Source: Candidatus Latescibacterota bacterium (GTDB lineage: Bacteria > Latescibacterota > CBDEFO01). Taken from it: a stretch of 64,000 nucleotides of DNA. Shown here one piece after another: positions 1 to 10,915 of this stretch. Positions within the stretch are counted from its first letter, which is position 1; the number at the start of each line of letters is the position of its first letter. The notes beneath the pieces were generated by a model. The model saw only the letters and a program-made list of their open reading frames with translations. It searched no databases and was not told the DNA's origin. Both the position numbers and the translations under genes were made by a program. The stretch spans positions 352,001 through 416,000 of the forward strand of contig CBDEFO010000007.1 of the NCBI GenBank assembly GCA_965237525.1, given 5' to 3'.

Positions 1-2
1 AG

Positions 3-1040
3 CGCTGCTATCCCTTTCATTTTTATACTCAAGCCAGCCTGAAAATGTACGATAATCCAGATCTAATGGAGGCCATGTATCAGGCGGGATTCGATTCCGT
101 CTTTATCGGATTGGAATCTCCGTCGGCGGAAAGTCTCAAGTTTATGGGCGCTCAAAAGAACCTGGTCAAGGGGAAATCAATGCTTGAAAAGGTCCTCGAG
201 ATCGAAAAGAGGTACTTTAAAGTCTGGGCGGGTTTTATAGTCGGCTTCGACACCGATCCGGATGATATATCCGAAATAATGATCGATTTTATCAACAGCG
301 TTAATATCGAAATAGCTATGGTCGGACCTTTAGGCGTTATGAGGGGCACACCTGACTATATAAGGTATAATAGAGCAGGTAGATTGACCGACAAGCTGTA
401 CACGGGGAATTCGGGAATCTTTACAGACCAGTTGAGCTACATACCTCACGACAGAGATGGCAACCAGATAGATCCCAGCGTGATAATGGGACGTCACAAG
501 AAGATTGTAGAGACCCTAAACAGCCCCAAAGTTTACTTCAAGCGCGCTCTCAAGTATTTGAAGATTAAGGAAAGAGCACCGATTGTTGTTCCTCCGGTCG
601 GGAAATCTGAAATTAGAGGATTGTTCAATTCTATCTATAGACAGGGCCTTAGGGGGAACTACAAGTGGCAATATTGGTCGTTTCTAGCTAAGGTCTGTAT
701 ATACAATCTGAAGGATTTTCCTTCAGCTGTCAGGAGCGCTATCTTCGGCCATCATTTGATTACAATTACTCAGCAGGCGTCTGACGTGCACGAGTTGAAT
801 TCCTACCTGGATAAGTCGCTAAAACAGTTGAGTAAGAGTTACGATCAGTTGATAAAGGGATACGAAACGTCTTCAGCTGAGATGTGGGAATTTGGGAGGG
901 AACTAATTAAAGGGGCAAAGAAACGATACGGAAAGATCAAAGCCGACTATCAGGGGCAGGTGGAGGATGTTTACAATAGCTTTCTAGAAGAGGCGCAGAA
1001 GGTTATAGCTTCGTGTAAGTCCAAGAGATCCATTTTATAG
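3..1040 (+). CDS. B12-binding radical SAM protein, C-terminal part (DUF4070-like tail); 5' end lies outside the window
   Basis: Frame is open from base 3 (..FHFYTQASL..). Motifs AGFDSVFIGLES and AGFIVGFDTD are typical of this radical SAM subfamily. Confidence 0.8.
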   Translation, partial: RCYPFHFYTQASLKMYDNPDLMEAMYQAGFDSVFIGLESPSAESLKFMGAQKNLVKGKSMLEKVLEIEKRYFKVWAGFIVGFDTDPDDISEIMIDFINSVNIEIAMVGPLGVMRGTPDYIRYNRAGRLTDKLYTGNSGIFTDQLSYIPHDRDGNQIDPSVIMGRHKKIVETLNSPKVYFKRALKYLKIKERAPIVVPPVGKSEIRGLFNSIYRQGLRGNYKWQYWSFLAKVCIYNLKDFPSAVRSAIFGHHLITITQQASDVHELNSYLDKSLKQLSKSYDQLIKGYETSSAEMWEFGRELIKGAKKRYGKIKADYQGQVEDVYNSFLEEAQKVIASCKSKRSIL

Positions 1041-1087
1041 CTTTACGCTTGATAAGTTATGGTTAAGTTACGGCTTCGGCTCTCTGA

Positions 1088-2581
1088 TCAGATGACCGGA
1101 TCTAATTCCGGGTCGTCTCTTTCCACTCTTTCTTGCAATGTGCTGAAGAATTCTTCACGATTCGGCGTGGCAAGTGCGGTCAAGTTGGAGACAGGATCGA
1201 GGTTTTGTACCTGATCTTCGACCCCAAATGTCTTCCAGACGTTCCACAGTCCTTTCAGGCTCAAGCCAGAGATGCCTTTTACGACCCGATCCAAGCGTCT
1301 CAGGGGGTTATAGAACGAAAGGTACGCTTTCTTTATCTTCTCCTCGATGAGTTCTGCCGGTACACTATCTCGATGAAAGACTGCCTTGGTTCCGGAAAAA
1401 TTCGCCCAGTTGTCGTCGAAGATACGATCTTTAGTTCTGTCCCAGTCCACCGTCCCCGGGTAAGGCGTCAAAATAGAAAATTGAGCTTGATGGGCGTCCA
1501 GTTGCCTGGCGTAAGCGATGGTGCGATCGATGTCCGCTTCGGTCTCGTACATAAAACCGATAATAAAAGAGGTGAGCGCTCGGATGCCGTGATGGCGCAA
1601 AAGCTCAACCGCTAGCATTCCTGTATCGAGTTTCATCGCTTTGTTGCAATGCTTGAGAACGTGCTCATTTCCCGATTCAAGTCCAAGAAAGACATTGGAG
1701 CAGCCAGCCTTGGCCATGTGTTCCACAAGGTCAGGATTTTTGACCAGAATATCAGCTCGAGATTGACACCACCAGTAAACCTGCAATTTGCGTTCGATGA
1801 TCTCTGCGCAGAGCTCATGAATGCGCTTGACATTCGTTGTTAAAAGGTCGTCGACCAGTAATACCCCCTTAAATCCAAATTCTTCCAACAATAGCTCCAT
1901 CTCGTCGACTGAAAGTTGTGCCTCGCGCGAGCGCCATTTCCTCTTTTGATACAAAGTCGGCACAGAACAGAACGTGCAGGCGTACGGACAACCGCGGCTG
2001 GTGATCATACTGGTCACAGCCACGCCCCTCAGCCGCGTGGCTTTATAAGGTTCCATGTTCAAAAGGTGACGCGCCGGACCCGGCAGATTATCGACTGTCT
2101 CTATATCGGGACGCTGCGGATTGTCCACCACGACGCCATCTTCTTTATCGTACCACGACAGGCTCGGAACTTTGGTGGGATCAAAGCGCGAGCCCTTTTT
2201 GGCAAGTTCCCGCGCCAGAGCAGAAGCAGCAAGCTCTCCCTCGCCGCGGATAACAAAATCGACACAGTCGAGCTTGAGGGTCGTCTGAGTTGTAAAGGTC
2301 ACATGCGTTCCACCCAGCAACACACGGCAGCCAGCATCGTGCGCATTCCGGGCGTACTCCAGTGCCGAAGGATACTGCGGCGTGGTGCACGTAATGCCCA
2401 CCAGGTCGAACCCGTCGTACGATTCGGTTCCCTCATAGAAGGTCATATCCCGCACTTCGACCTCGTGACCATCTGCAGCAAGTTTGCCCGCAACGTAGAG
2501 TAATCCCAAGGGTGGGAGGATGACACGGGTGGCGTGATAGAGCGAATGCATAGGGGGCGTAATCAACAATATTTTCAGCAT
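1088..2581 (-). CDS. B12-binding domain radical SAM protein
   Basis: N-terminal PPLGLLYVA cobalamin-binding domain; TSRGCPYACTFC CxxxCxxC motif; GLESG. Confidence 0.9.
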   Translation of the reverse strand: MLKILLITPPMHSLYHATRVILPPLGLLYVAGKLAADGHEVEVRDMTFYEGTESYDGFDLVGITCTTPQYPSALEYARNAHDAGCRVLLGGTHVTFTTQTTLKLDCVDFVIRGEGELAASALARELAKKGSRFDPTKVPSLSWYDKEDGVVVDNPQRPDIETVDNLPGPARHLLNMEPYKATRLRGVAVTSMITSRGCPYACTFCSVPTLYQKRKWRSREAQLSVDEMELLLEEFGFKGVLLVDDLLTTNVKRIHELCAEIIERKLQVYWWCQSRADILVKNPDLVEHMAKAGCSNVFLGLESGNEHVLKHCNKAMKLDTGMLAVELLRHHGIRALTSFIIGFMYETEADIDRTIAYARQLDAHQAQFSILTPYPGTVDWDRTKDRIFDDNWANFSGTKAVFHRDSVPAELIEEKIKKAYLSFYNPLRRLDRVVKGISGLSLKGLWNVWKTFGVEDQVQNLDPVSNLTALATPNREEFFSTLQERVERDDPELDPVI

Positions 2582-3004
2582 CTAACTCTCCGTATAATCA
2601 CATTTCATTAAATAGAGAAATAGACTGAATTTCTGGGGATTTGCATGCTTGGTGTAGAGGCAATTTTATCGTAGTGAAGGGCCATCGGAGCTTTGAGCCA
2701 CCTATGACGTTGGCTAGCGGAAGACCGCTTTTGAAGCTGTCTGCTTTTGCTAACCAGCAATCATACTCTTTCCAGATGCAGTACAGATACTTGAAGCATT
2801 CTAATTCATTATCCTATACAAATAAAGGTATTTAAGCTTAACAGCTATTTTCGGCCTATTTTCGGTCGTATCACGCTTTAAGCGGTGAAAAGAGTGCTCC
2901 TACCGTTCAACGGTCAATGGTCGAAACGAAAAACTCTAAAATCGAACGTGCCAAATCTCAGCTTTCAGTGGATAAGCATTTTGCTGCTATTTATAGGCTC
3001 TTTA

Positions 3005-4051
3005 TTACACTTCAAGACTGAGCGATGCCGCTGCCTCTCTTATCTGCTTCCAGGTAGCATCTTCCACAAAGATGCCTTTTTCTTGTCTCTTCTGCCGTTC
3101 TCTTTCTTCTTTTTCACCGGGGATGAGTATTTCGTCGAATCCGGGCGCAAGCCGGGAGCTCTTAACGTGGTCTTTTAGGCTCTGGACCTGCTCTGTGAAG
3201 TAGTCGAGAGGCTTGAAGCTGGATATATCTATGGCCATCGCAAAGATCCCGTTTGCTCCTTTCAGGGGAGAATTAGCCTGACTACATCCGGCCCCCGTAA
3301 GCGCTCCCGACAGGATGTCGATCATAAAGGCAAGCCCAAATCCCTTATGTCCAGCTATGTCCCCCAACGGCAGAACGGATCCCTGGGGCGAACCGTAGAA
3401 GTCCGCTGGGTCTGTCGTGGGATTTCCCTCTGAGTCGATGATCCATCCCTTTGGGGTGCGTTCGTTTCTGTTCCTCTGAATTCTGACCTTGCCCTCTGCG
3501 ACGACGCTGCAGCTTATGTCCAGCGTTATGTGCCCCCTATCCACTGTGGGAACGGATATGCTGATAGGATTAGGAGAAAGCCTCCTTTCTCTTCCGCCCC
3601 AGGGAGACATAATCTGTCCACCGCCGTGATTGTTGACCATCATAACCCCGACCATGCCTTCTTTTGAGGCGATAGGGGTGTACTCGCCGAGCCTTCCAAC
3701 GTGGTTGGAGTTGAAGCTTCCGACTGCGCTGATTGAGCATTCTTTTGCTTTCTGGACGGCGATCTCCATCGCCTTAATGCCTGTGGGATGTCCAAACCCC
3801 CAGTTTCCGTCTAAGAGGGCTGTAGTTGGAGTCTCTGTGTCTATCTGTGTCTCTGCCTGTGGGATTATTTTGCCCTCTTTTATGAACTGGATGTACTGGG
3901 GCATCCTTATGACTCCGTGGGAATCGTGTCCTGTAAGGTTGGAGTTTACCAGGACTCGTGATACTATTTGGGCTGTCTCCTTTGACGCTCCTGTTGCCTT
4001 GAATATCTGTTCTGTGATTTGGGTTAACTCTTCAACTTTGAATATAGGCAA
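3005..4051 (-). CDS. Ldh_2 family (malate/L-lactate/sulfolactate dehydrogenase-like) oxidoreductase
   Basis: GHDSHG, NHVGRLG, NPISI, GHKGFGL and IPGE motifs. Start moved to TTG at 4051 after a GGAG RBS. Confidence 0.9.
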   Translation of the reverse strand: MPIFKVEELTQITEQIFKATGASKETAQIVSRVLVNSNLTGHDSHGVIRMPQYIQFIKEGKIIPQAETQIDTETPTTALLDGNWGFGHPTGIKAMEIAVQKAKECSISAVGSFNSNHVGRLGEYTPIASKEGMVGVMMVNNHGGGQIMSPWGGRERRLSPNPISISVPTVDRGHITLDISCSVVAEGKVRIQRNRNERTPKGWIIDSEGNPTTDPADFYGSPQGSVLPLGDIAGHKGFGLAFMIDILSGALTGAGCSQANSPLKGANGIFAMAIDISSFKPLDYFTEQVQSLKDHVKSSRLAPGFDEILIPGEKEERERQKRQEKGIFVEDATWKQIREAAASLSLEV

Positions 4052-4223
4052 TTGGATCTCCTTTTGTAGAAATTTTGGCAGAATGCCGGCACTCACAAAT
4101 AACGGTATTCTGCCATCTGGGGCTCGCGGCGGATAGCTCCCAAGGCGGCAGGCTCGCCGTGCCTTCACTTTATCTCTGGATAATTGGTGAGGATACCGCT
4201 ATCAAAGGAATTCGGATAGTCTC

Positions 4224-4592
4224 TTATCTCAAGGCTCTATCCGTATGAGCAGTTGACATTCCTCTGACCAGATGACGGGGTCTGATGCCGGGGCGTTTGA
4301 TTCCCGAAAACTGAAAATATTTGAACGTATGATCGGCATGAAGCGTGTGCTCTATCCTCTTGGGGGCGGCTACGAGCTCTCCGGGATCTAATTGATAGAC
4401 CTTCTTTGTCCCATCGGGGTGTCTCAGAGTGACTGTAGGTATTCCCTCTCTAAAGAGCCAGTATTCGTCGAAGTCGCGGTAGTGGAGCTCTACAGGAGTG
4501 TTTGGTGGAAGCATATATTCGTGAAAGGAAGGAATATCTATTTCGTCGAGGAATCTCGGACAACTGGGGGGATATTCTTTCTTTCCTGGCAA
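4224..4592 (-). CDS. Cupin-domain protein
   Basis: ELHY-DFDEYW and PGEL..PK..EHT cupin-like motifs. Confidence 0.6.
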   Translation of the reverse strand: MPGKKEYPPSCPRFLDEIDIPSFHEYMLPPNTPVELHYRDFDEYWLFREGIPTVTLRHPDGTKKVYQLDPGELVAAPKRIEHTLHADHTFKYFQFSGIKRPGIRPRHLVRGMSTAHTDRALR

Positions 4593-4696
4593 GTTTTATA
4601 ACGCACATATCGACCGTGATGTCCATAATAGCCATAAGATTGTATTTCTACTTGTAGAATTGAAAAACTTCGCACCAAACCAAAGCTTATTTGGCC

Positions 4697-5473
4697 TTAC
4701 CGCGTCTTTCTTATTTTATCTCTTATTTGGGCGGCTTTTTCAAATTCTTGATTGGCCACGGCGTGTTTGAGCTGTTCTTCAAGATCTGCTTTTGGACTCT
4801 GCGGCCTCGTGCGTTGCACGACTTCTGCCCAGTTTTTCAGAAAGGCTATCTCCCAGCTTGTTTCAATTTCATCCTCTTTCTTGTATTCTCTGAAAAAGCA
4901 TTCAATCTCAAGTATTCCTTTTTCTATGTTTTGCAATGCTTTCTTGTAGTCCTTTTTCTGAAGGCGAATGGAGCCCTTAGCTTTGGTGTTCATCATTAAT
5001 TACGTAGGGCCTGTATTGTTGAAACTCCCATTTGTCGTCCTCACTTGACGGCGTATTTTCTTACAAAGTCGAAGACGTTCAAGTTTCTTTTGTGTGTCTC
5101 TTTCTACGCCTTCGTATTCCTCAAGACCGAGTAAGCTCAGGTATCTGTAGTAGTATTGTATGGCTTCACACTGGAGTTTGGCGCAATCGTTGCTATCCAG
5201 TCCGAATCCCTCTTCTGTTCCATATTTGGTTCTATACTGTTCGATGGAGGAAAGATAATATTCCAAGAGGGATTCCTTGCCGTATGGCCTCCGTCCGTCA
5301 GGTCTTCCCGACACCTCCATCTGCCTGAGTCCCATACTGATGCGCAACTGTATCTTCTCTTTTCCGTCGCTCCCCTTTATCTTTCTGACGGATATTTGAT
5401 CGGATTTGTAGTCCCATCCTTCAAGTATGGGTGTTATATCCTTGTTCATATTAACGATCCTGTAAGAAATCAC
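4697..5473 (-). pseudogene. UvrB/UvrC-motif (UVR domain) protein split by frameshift(s)
   Basis: ORFs 5000-5473 and 4697-4996 form the N- and C-terminal halves; C-terminal UVR motif LKHAVANQEFEKAAQIRD. An extra A in an A-run near 5090 breaks the frame. Confidence 0.7.
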
Positions 5474-5521
5474 TTACCAGACAATAGCATCATCACTTAG
5501 GCCTGCTTGTCCTGTGCAGTC

Positions 5522-5812
5522 CTAGCATCGAGCCATTTTTTTCAAGGATTGGGGACTCTCGCCGAAGCGGTGACCTATTAAAAGCCCGGCTACGCTTAAA
5601 TCCTCATCTAATTCTGGCCAGTGGATAAATGCTCCATCCCCGAAGATTTCAAAATGGTTGCGTTCCTTCGGTGTCCCATGCCATAAACGAGGGTACCAGA
5701 CCAAGGGCACAATAATGGTACGGTCATCTACCAGGTCCACTGTCAGTGCATCGTCGCTCACGTTGACCTGTTGTGCACGGGCATCCTGCATATCACCGAC
5801 CAAAGAATTCAT
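5522..5812 (-). CDS. DUF2442 family antitoxin-like protein
   Basis: VPLVWYPRL...IHWPELDEDLSV signature. Confidence 0.85.
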   Translation of the reverse strand: MNSLVGDMQDARAQQVNVSDDALTVDLVDDRTIIVPLVWYPRLWHGTPKERNHFEIFGDGAFIHWPELDEDLSVAGLLIGHRFGESPQSLKKMARC

Positions 5813-5871
5813 AGTTGCTCACCTGACTGATAATCAATAGTCGCACAGAGTGTTCAGATTCGCGAATAGGC

Positions 5872-6943
5872 TCACAATTCCTCGAGACCCCGAGAACGCG
5901 ATACCTCCTGTCCTACTAATTGCACCTCATAGGACATTGGATACTCCAGGATACTTTCATAAAGCATCTTTTGGTCTGGGATTCTTGACAATATACTCTT
6001 CTCATACTCGGTAAGTCCTTGGCCAAACAGAAACTCCCGTAACTTTTCTAACTTACCCTCTGCGACTCTCAGGACAACTTGAATTTGCTCTGAGTCAAGG
6101 TCATTAAAGAAAATCACGGACTCCTCTATGTCTTTGTTCAATCCGATTGATTTTATGTGATGCAGAAGGCTCTCCATCGTTTTTCCGTCTGACGCAATAG
6201 TCTTTCGGATCTTCCGCCTTAGTCTAACTCGCCTTATTTTATCAACGGAGACACCGATCGATATCAAGAGACCCAGCGACAAGACCGCGGAGATGGCTAG
6301 CTTGGCAAGGTTTGTCCACACTCCCCCTGCTAATAAATCCCCAATGAAACTACCGCTATCTTGTACCGAGAATTTGGTGCTGAGGTCTATGATTTGCGCG
6401 CCGCGTACCACTCCATCAAATCGGGCTGTGTCAAAAGATATGTCGGGTTTCGTAGAAGAACAGAGAACTCCAATCCGAACAGATGTGCCTTCATTAAATG
6501 CCAGAAACTCTATGTTTAGGGTGTCTGGTGTCACCCGCGATAAAGAGCAGAAATCTCCGTATCCTTCGGTTTGTTTGACGACCTCCGCACTCAGGATTTT
6601 TGTTCCTTCAGGGGGCAGCCACCTCAAATAGTGGATGTCAGATCCGTCAATATCTGTCTGTCCCGAATTCATTATACCGAATTCAAGATTGGCAAGATTG
6701 GCAATGGACTGCCCACGATACGCAATGGTGACATCACGCGCAATCTTGTTGTCGGGGTCAAGAAGAGTTATCTTCTGAATCCCTTCAACGGTGATTTCTC
6801 CGTCCTTCTTGTGACAAGAAATAGAGCACGACAGGAATTGCTAGAGCAAGTATAAGAAACAGAAACTGAAAGAGGATGGCTACTTTGCTCCTTACAAGAC
6901 GCTCAAAGCGACCACTTGGTCGGTCGGCCTCTGTGGACCTCAT
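5872..6943 (-). pseudogene. Hypothetical membrane protein, probably one gene frameshifted near 6810
   Basis: ORF 5872-6672 is open upstream to about 6805. An ATG at 6943 in another frame encodes a hydrophobic N-terminal segment. Confidence 0.45.
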
Positions 6944-7031
6944 GAACTTCTCTCTTGTGATTCTGCTTGTGACAAAATGAGATTATTATTGGGAGATCAA
7001 AATTATTAAATTGAAGGACTAGCAAAGTGTT

Positions 7032-7232
7032 TCACAATTCCTTACACTTGCCTGCATGAAAATCCGCTATGGCCTTATTGGCCAGATCATCAAGCCTTCC
7101 TGATTGAACATCATTTTCAAACTGTTTGTCCCATTTCTGCGCATCAAACTTATCAAACCATTCTCTCAGAACGGCTAATTCATTTTTTGGTAACCGAGCA
7201 ATTGCTTCTTCAATTTCTTTTACAGCTTCCAT
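7032..7232 (-). CDS. Small antitoxin-like protein of the family usually paired with a ParE/RelE-like toxin
   Basis: Pattern EIEEAIARLP..REWF..FDAQKWDKQFENDVQSGRLDDLA..A..DF.AG, followed by an overlapping toxin start remnant. Confidence 0.65.
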   Translation of the reverse strand: MEAVKEIEEAIARLPKNELAVLREWFDKFDAQKWDKQFENDVQSGRLDDLANKAIADFHAGKCKEL

Positions 7233-7522
7233 TTGGTTTACCCCCGTCGGTAATCAAGTTTGGATTAAAGTACGATTCTAAGCTCTTTTCATTTCCTAAA
7301 ATTCTGTTTTCTTTGAGAATGCTTCTTTTCGGTCAATATTTATATTATTCTTAGTGATAACTCAATAAACTTCTTAATATTACAAGTTAAAAAATTAATG
7401 GTCAAGTACTTTTTTTGTTTTTTCAATAACCTCATCTGGGAGCATAGTTTTGCCTTGACGAATTTCCCGATATTCCCTAAATTGTTGATTCAGAGCGGGC
7501 ACTTATAAGGAATAATCTGAAG

Positions 7523-8275
7523 ATGGCTGATAGCACCTACGATCTGAAAATATCAAGCTTGCGTGAGGTTGTGGAGAAGAGCGACTTTGCAGGTCCTCCG
7601 ACTATTGATCTGGTGGCAAGAGCACAGAGGGGCGTGAGGCAAAAGGGTCGAAGACTGGGGGTCTTTCCGGCGTCGTTTAACCCCATTACTGTATCTCACG
7701 CCGAACTCATCTTCGAAGCGGCAGAGTCTGCCAGTTTAGATGAGATACTCCTGGTGTTGGACAAAAGGGCAATGGATAAAGAGATCTTCGGAGCCTCCTT
7801 GGAGGATAGGCTTTTTATGCTTATTCTGTTCTCACAAGACAGCCCGAGTATCTCTGTGGGGTTATCCAATAAAGGCCGTTTCTTGGACAAGCTCCCACCG
7901 TTGGAGAAGCTATATCCTCCGGATACGGAGATTTTCTTCATCGTGGGCTATGACACTATCGCAAGAGTGCTGGACAGGAAGTATTACGAAGACAGGGATT
8001 CTTCGCTTGATAGCCTCTTTGCAAAGAGCAAGTTTCTGGTGGCAAACAGGGGGGATAAGGGAATAGATGAAGTACATAATCTATTTGAGATGGAGGAAAA
8101 CAGGAGATTTTGTGACAGGGTGGATGTTCTTAAGATATCGGAACTTACAGCTTTTATCTCATCTACCAAGGTTAGAGATCGCACAAAAGAAGGGAAGCGC
8201 ATTGGCGACCTTGTGCCTCCCCAGATCGAGTCCTTTATTCAAAGGATGGGACTCTACAGAGCAAGTAGACAGTAG
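7523..8275 (+). CDS. Nicotinate/nicotinamide-nucleotide adenylyltransferase family protein
   Basis: ASFNPITVSH (HxGH-like), IVGYD and ISSTKVR motifs. Confidence 0.8.
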   Translation: MADSTYDLKISSLREVVEKSDFAGPPTIDLVARAQRGVRQKGRRLGVFPASFNPITVSHAELIFEAAESASLDEILLVLDKRAMDKEIFGASLEDRLFMLILFSQDSPSISVGLSNKGRFLDKLPPLEKLYPPDTEIFFIVGYDTIARVLDRKYYEDRDSSLDSLFAKSKFLVANRGDKGIDEVHNLFEMEENRRFCDRVDVLKISELTAFISSTKVRDRTKEGKRIGDLVPPQIESFIQRMGLYRASRQ

Positions 8276-8308
8276 AGTATGCAGGGTACCGGCGCCTATA
8301 CCCTTAAG

Positions 8309-8403
8309 ATTTCTTCGCTGCCCCTTGACTTCGCTCTGGGCTTCGGCTCGCAATGACTGATGGGAAGAGGTATCATTGCGCGGAGATTTATCCCGAAGCA
8401 ATC
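8309..8403. repeat. REP-like inverted pair (AGATT.CTTCG...CTCGCAATGAC / TCATTGCG...CGAAGCAATC)
   Basis: Intergenic between convergent genes; related sequence at 45897-46020. Confidence 0.5.
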
Positions 8404-8433
8404 GCCGTTGGACCGTCTTGCTCTATATGCCCT

Positions 8434-9399
8434 CTATCGTATCTTCAGCGTCTCCTCCAATCCCATAAGCGTGGAATACATCGCCTGTAGTGCCGTAATG
8501 GGAATAGAATTTTTTCGGGCATCCTCGATCATGGGACCTACACAGGTGCTAAACTCAGTAGGATACCCTTTCTGTATATCCTGGAGAGCGGAGTGAGTAG
8601 CTTTACTGCTGGCTAAGGGTGCTGTCATCACCCGCTCAACTGCATCCTCTACTGCACCCTGACACCACGTTTTGACGTGATAGGGACCAAGATCAATCAA
8701 GGGGATCCCTTTTGCTTCAGCTAAAGCGCTGAGTTCGCGAACCATGCCAACGTACTCCCTGGCGAGTAGCCGGTTTGATAAAGCGTCAGCATTATTCTGT
8801 CTTGCGAGGGTAGCAATAAGTCCAATCGGTATCCAGCCTACCATCTTTGACCACGTGGAGGACAGCACAGAATCGGAGGCTTGTGTGGTGAGACCTGCCT
8901 TTTGGAATATATCTACACTATATGCAACCCGCTCCGACGTCCCGCCGTCCAGTTCGCCAAATTGTGTAAGCCCATCGTACGTCCATTTCACCACACCTGG
9001 CTCCGGACGTTCCCCTGCGACGACGGCCACAGCCCCGATCACCTTTTCTTTCCCGAACGTGTTGACTAAAAGTTCATCCTTTATCACTCCGTTCTGTACA
9101 GAGGACACCGAATCGCGAACGTGTATATGTTCTGTATTCATCAGCGCTGCCTGTGTGTCCTGGGCCTTCATAGCGAAGATCAGGATATCGCATTCCCGGA
9201 CGCTTTGCGGATCATCTATGGCATCGATCTGAACTGTGAATTCCCGAAGCCCGGTGAGACGGAGTCCGTCCTTTCGAATGGACTCAATATGAGCTCCCGG
9301 GCGACCTACTATAGCTATCTCACATTCTCCACTTTTGGCTACAAGCGCTGCAATAGTGCCGCCCAGTCCGCCAGGTCCAACAATTACCACCTTTTTCAT
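8434..9399 (-). CDS. Ketopantoate reductase (PanE/ApbA) family protein
   Basis: GPGGLG Rossmann motif, SVQNG, SALQD..KG..TE. Confidence 0.85.
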   Translation of the reverse strand: MKKVVIVGPGGLGGTIAALVAKSGECEIAIVGRPGAHIESIRKDGLRLTGLREFTVQIDAIDDPQSVRECDILIFAMKAQDTQAALMNTEHIHVRDSVSSVQNGVIKDELLVNTFGKEKVIGAVAVVAGERPEPGVVKWTYDGLTQFGELDGGTSERVAYSVDIFQKAGLTTQASDSVLSSTWSKMVGWIPIGLIATLARQNNADALSNRLLAREYVGMVRELSALAEAKGIPLIDLGPYHVKTWCQGAVEDAVERVMTAPLASSKATHSALQDIQKGYPTEFSTCVGPMIEDARKNSIPITALQAMYSTLMGLEETLKIR

Positions 9400-9426
9400 G
9401 GTCCGTTCCGTTCCTTCCTTAATTTC

Positions 9427-9454
9427 GTAGGGCGCGGGTTTACTCCGCCCTTAC
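9427..9454. repeat. GTAG-type REP-like hairpin
   Basis: GTAGGGCG...CGCCCTTAC; similar hairpins at 10660-10708 and about 45801-45825. Confidence 0.45.
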
Positions 9455-9458
9455 ATTG

Positions 9459-10589
9459 TCATAGAGAGCCTCGATCCGCAATGGACACCTTCATCTCTAC
9501 TCTCTCTAATGGATTATCTCTTCTATCTTTTTGAACCTGTACTATCTTCTCTGCCACGTCGATACCCTCTATCGCCTGACCGAAAACGGTGTATTTCCCA
9601 TCCAAGTGAGTCACAGGGGCTACGCATATAAAAAACTGGCTGCCAGCGCTGTTCGGATCAGAAGACCTCGCCATCGATAGTGTCCCCGGTAGATGCTTAC
9701 GGGAGTTGAACTCAGCGTCGATGGTGTATCCCGGGTCACCTGTCCCGTCGTCGGAGCGGTCAGCGTTCTTACTGTTGCGATCACCTCCCTGAATCATAAA
9801 CCTGGGGATCACGCGGTGAAAGGTCGTCCCGTTATAGAATCCCGTTTTGGCGAGTTTTTTGAAGTTAGCCACGTGGTTTGGGGCATCTTTGAGGAAGAAC
9901 TCAAGCACTATCTTTCCGAACTTGGTCTCGATGACAGCAACTTCGTTAGGATCATCGGGATCTTTCTTCAAGGCGTCTTCTCTATGCTTCTGTACGCTGT
10001 TGTTCAGTTGATTTTTGATATTTGAAGCTTCCTTACCAATCTGGTTCGCTTTTTCTACCACATCGCCCTCCTGGTATCTTTTCTCAAGATCAGATAAAGT
10101 TTTGTCGAGGTCGTCAAGTCTCTTTTCAGATTCGGAAGTTGCGATCCCGAAGCCGGCAGCGTCTGAAACACTTTGCCACCCGGACTTTATAGCTTTTTGG
10201 GCCTTTCTGATGGCGTCTCTTGCATCAGATTCGGCCTGCCTGTCGGCGTTGCTCTTAGCCAGATCGGCTTTCTGCCTGGCCAAGAGAGCTGACTTTTTGG
10301 CGGCCTCGTAGTCCTTTTGCTGGATCTTCGCCTCGGCTTCAGCAAGCGCATTTTGTGATTCCGCCAGGTCAGCCCGGGCGTACTTCTCGGCACCTGCGGC
10401 CCGTGCAGCTTGTATAGCCCCTTCAGCTTCGCCTATCTCCTTTTGAGGGACATTAGAACACCCCAAGGAAGTAAACAGTAGGCAGTAGGCAGTGGACAGG
10501 GCAACCCAGCCCATCCCTATCTTGGAAACAGCCCTGTCTGTGCGTGTCCGCACACAGACAGCTGTGCCAAGGGTATTAGATTTGATCAT
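9459..10589 (-). CDS. Lipoprotein with DUF4398-like helical domain fused to a cyclophilin peptidyl-prolyl isomerase
   Basis: Lipobox LGC; ARAAGAEKYA; C-terminal FHRVIPRFMIQGGD, SAGSQFFI, LDGKYTVFGQ. Confidence 0.85.
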   Translation of the reverse strand: MIKSNTLGTAVCVRTRTDRAVSKIGMGWVALSTAYCLLFTSLGCSNVPQKEIGEAEGAIQAARAAGAEKYARADLAESQNALAEAEAKIQQKDYEAAKKSALLARQKADLAKSNADRQAESDARDAIRKAQKAIKSGWQSVSDAAGFGIATSESEKRLDDLDKTLSDLEKRYQEGDVVEKANQIGKEASNIKNQLNNSVQKHREDALKKDPDDPNEVAVIETKFGKIVLEFFLKDAPNHVANFKKLAKTGFYNGTTFHRVIPRFMIQGGDRNSKNADRSDDGTGDPGYTIDAEFNSRKHLPGTLSMARSSDPNSAGSQFFICVAPVTHLDGKYTVFGQAIEGIDVAEKIVQVQKDRRDNPLERVEMKVSIADRGSL

Positions 10590-10659
10590 CTGTCACCCCT
10601 TTCGTTATAAATTTAGGTGCCGCATCAAGAAATAGCACTAAAATCCAGCAATGAATAGT

Positions 10660-10708
10660 GTAGGGGTAGTGTTCCCCTGCCCTTAGGGCGAGGAGACCTC
10701 GCCCCTAC
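10660..10708. repeat. GTAG-type REP-like hairpin
   Basis: GTAGGGG...GGGCGAGGAGACCTCGCCCCTAC. Confidence 0.5.
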
Positions 10709-10915
10709 ACGGTGTTCAATTAGTACTAGATAACTCTGAAGAGTATACTAGGCAAGGGCGCTATTTCACAATGTGGTGTCTATGGCTAAAGAAGAGAATA
10801 ACTTAACTCTATAAAGTTAGGGAAAACCTGTGTCCAAGTCAAGATGAAAGTGAATGTGCAGTCGGGAGTTTTGAATCAGATAGATTCAGATTGGATGAGA
10901 TCTTAAGTATTCTTT

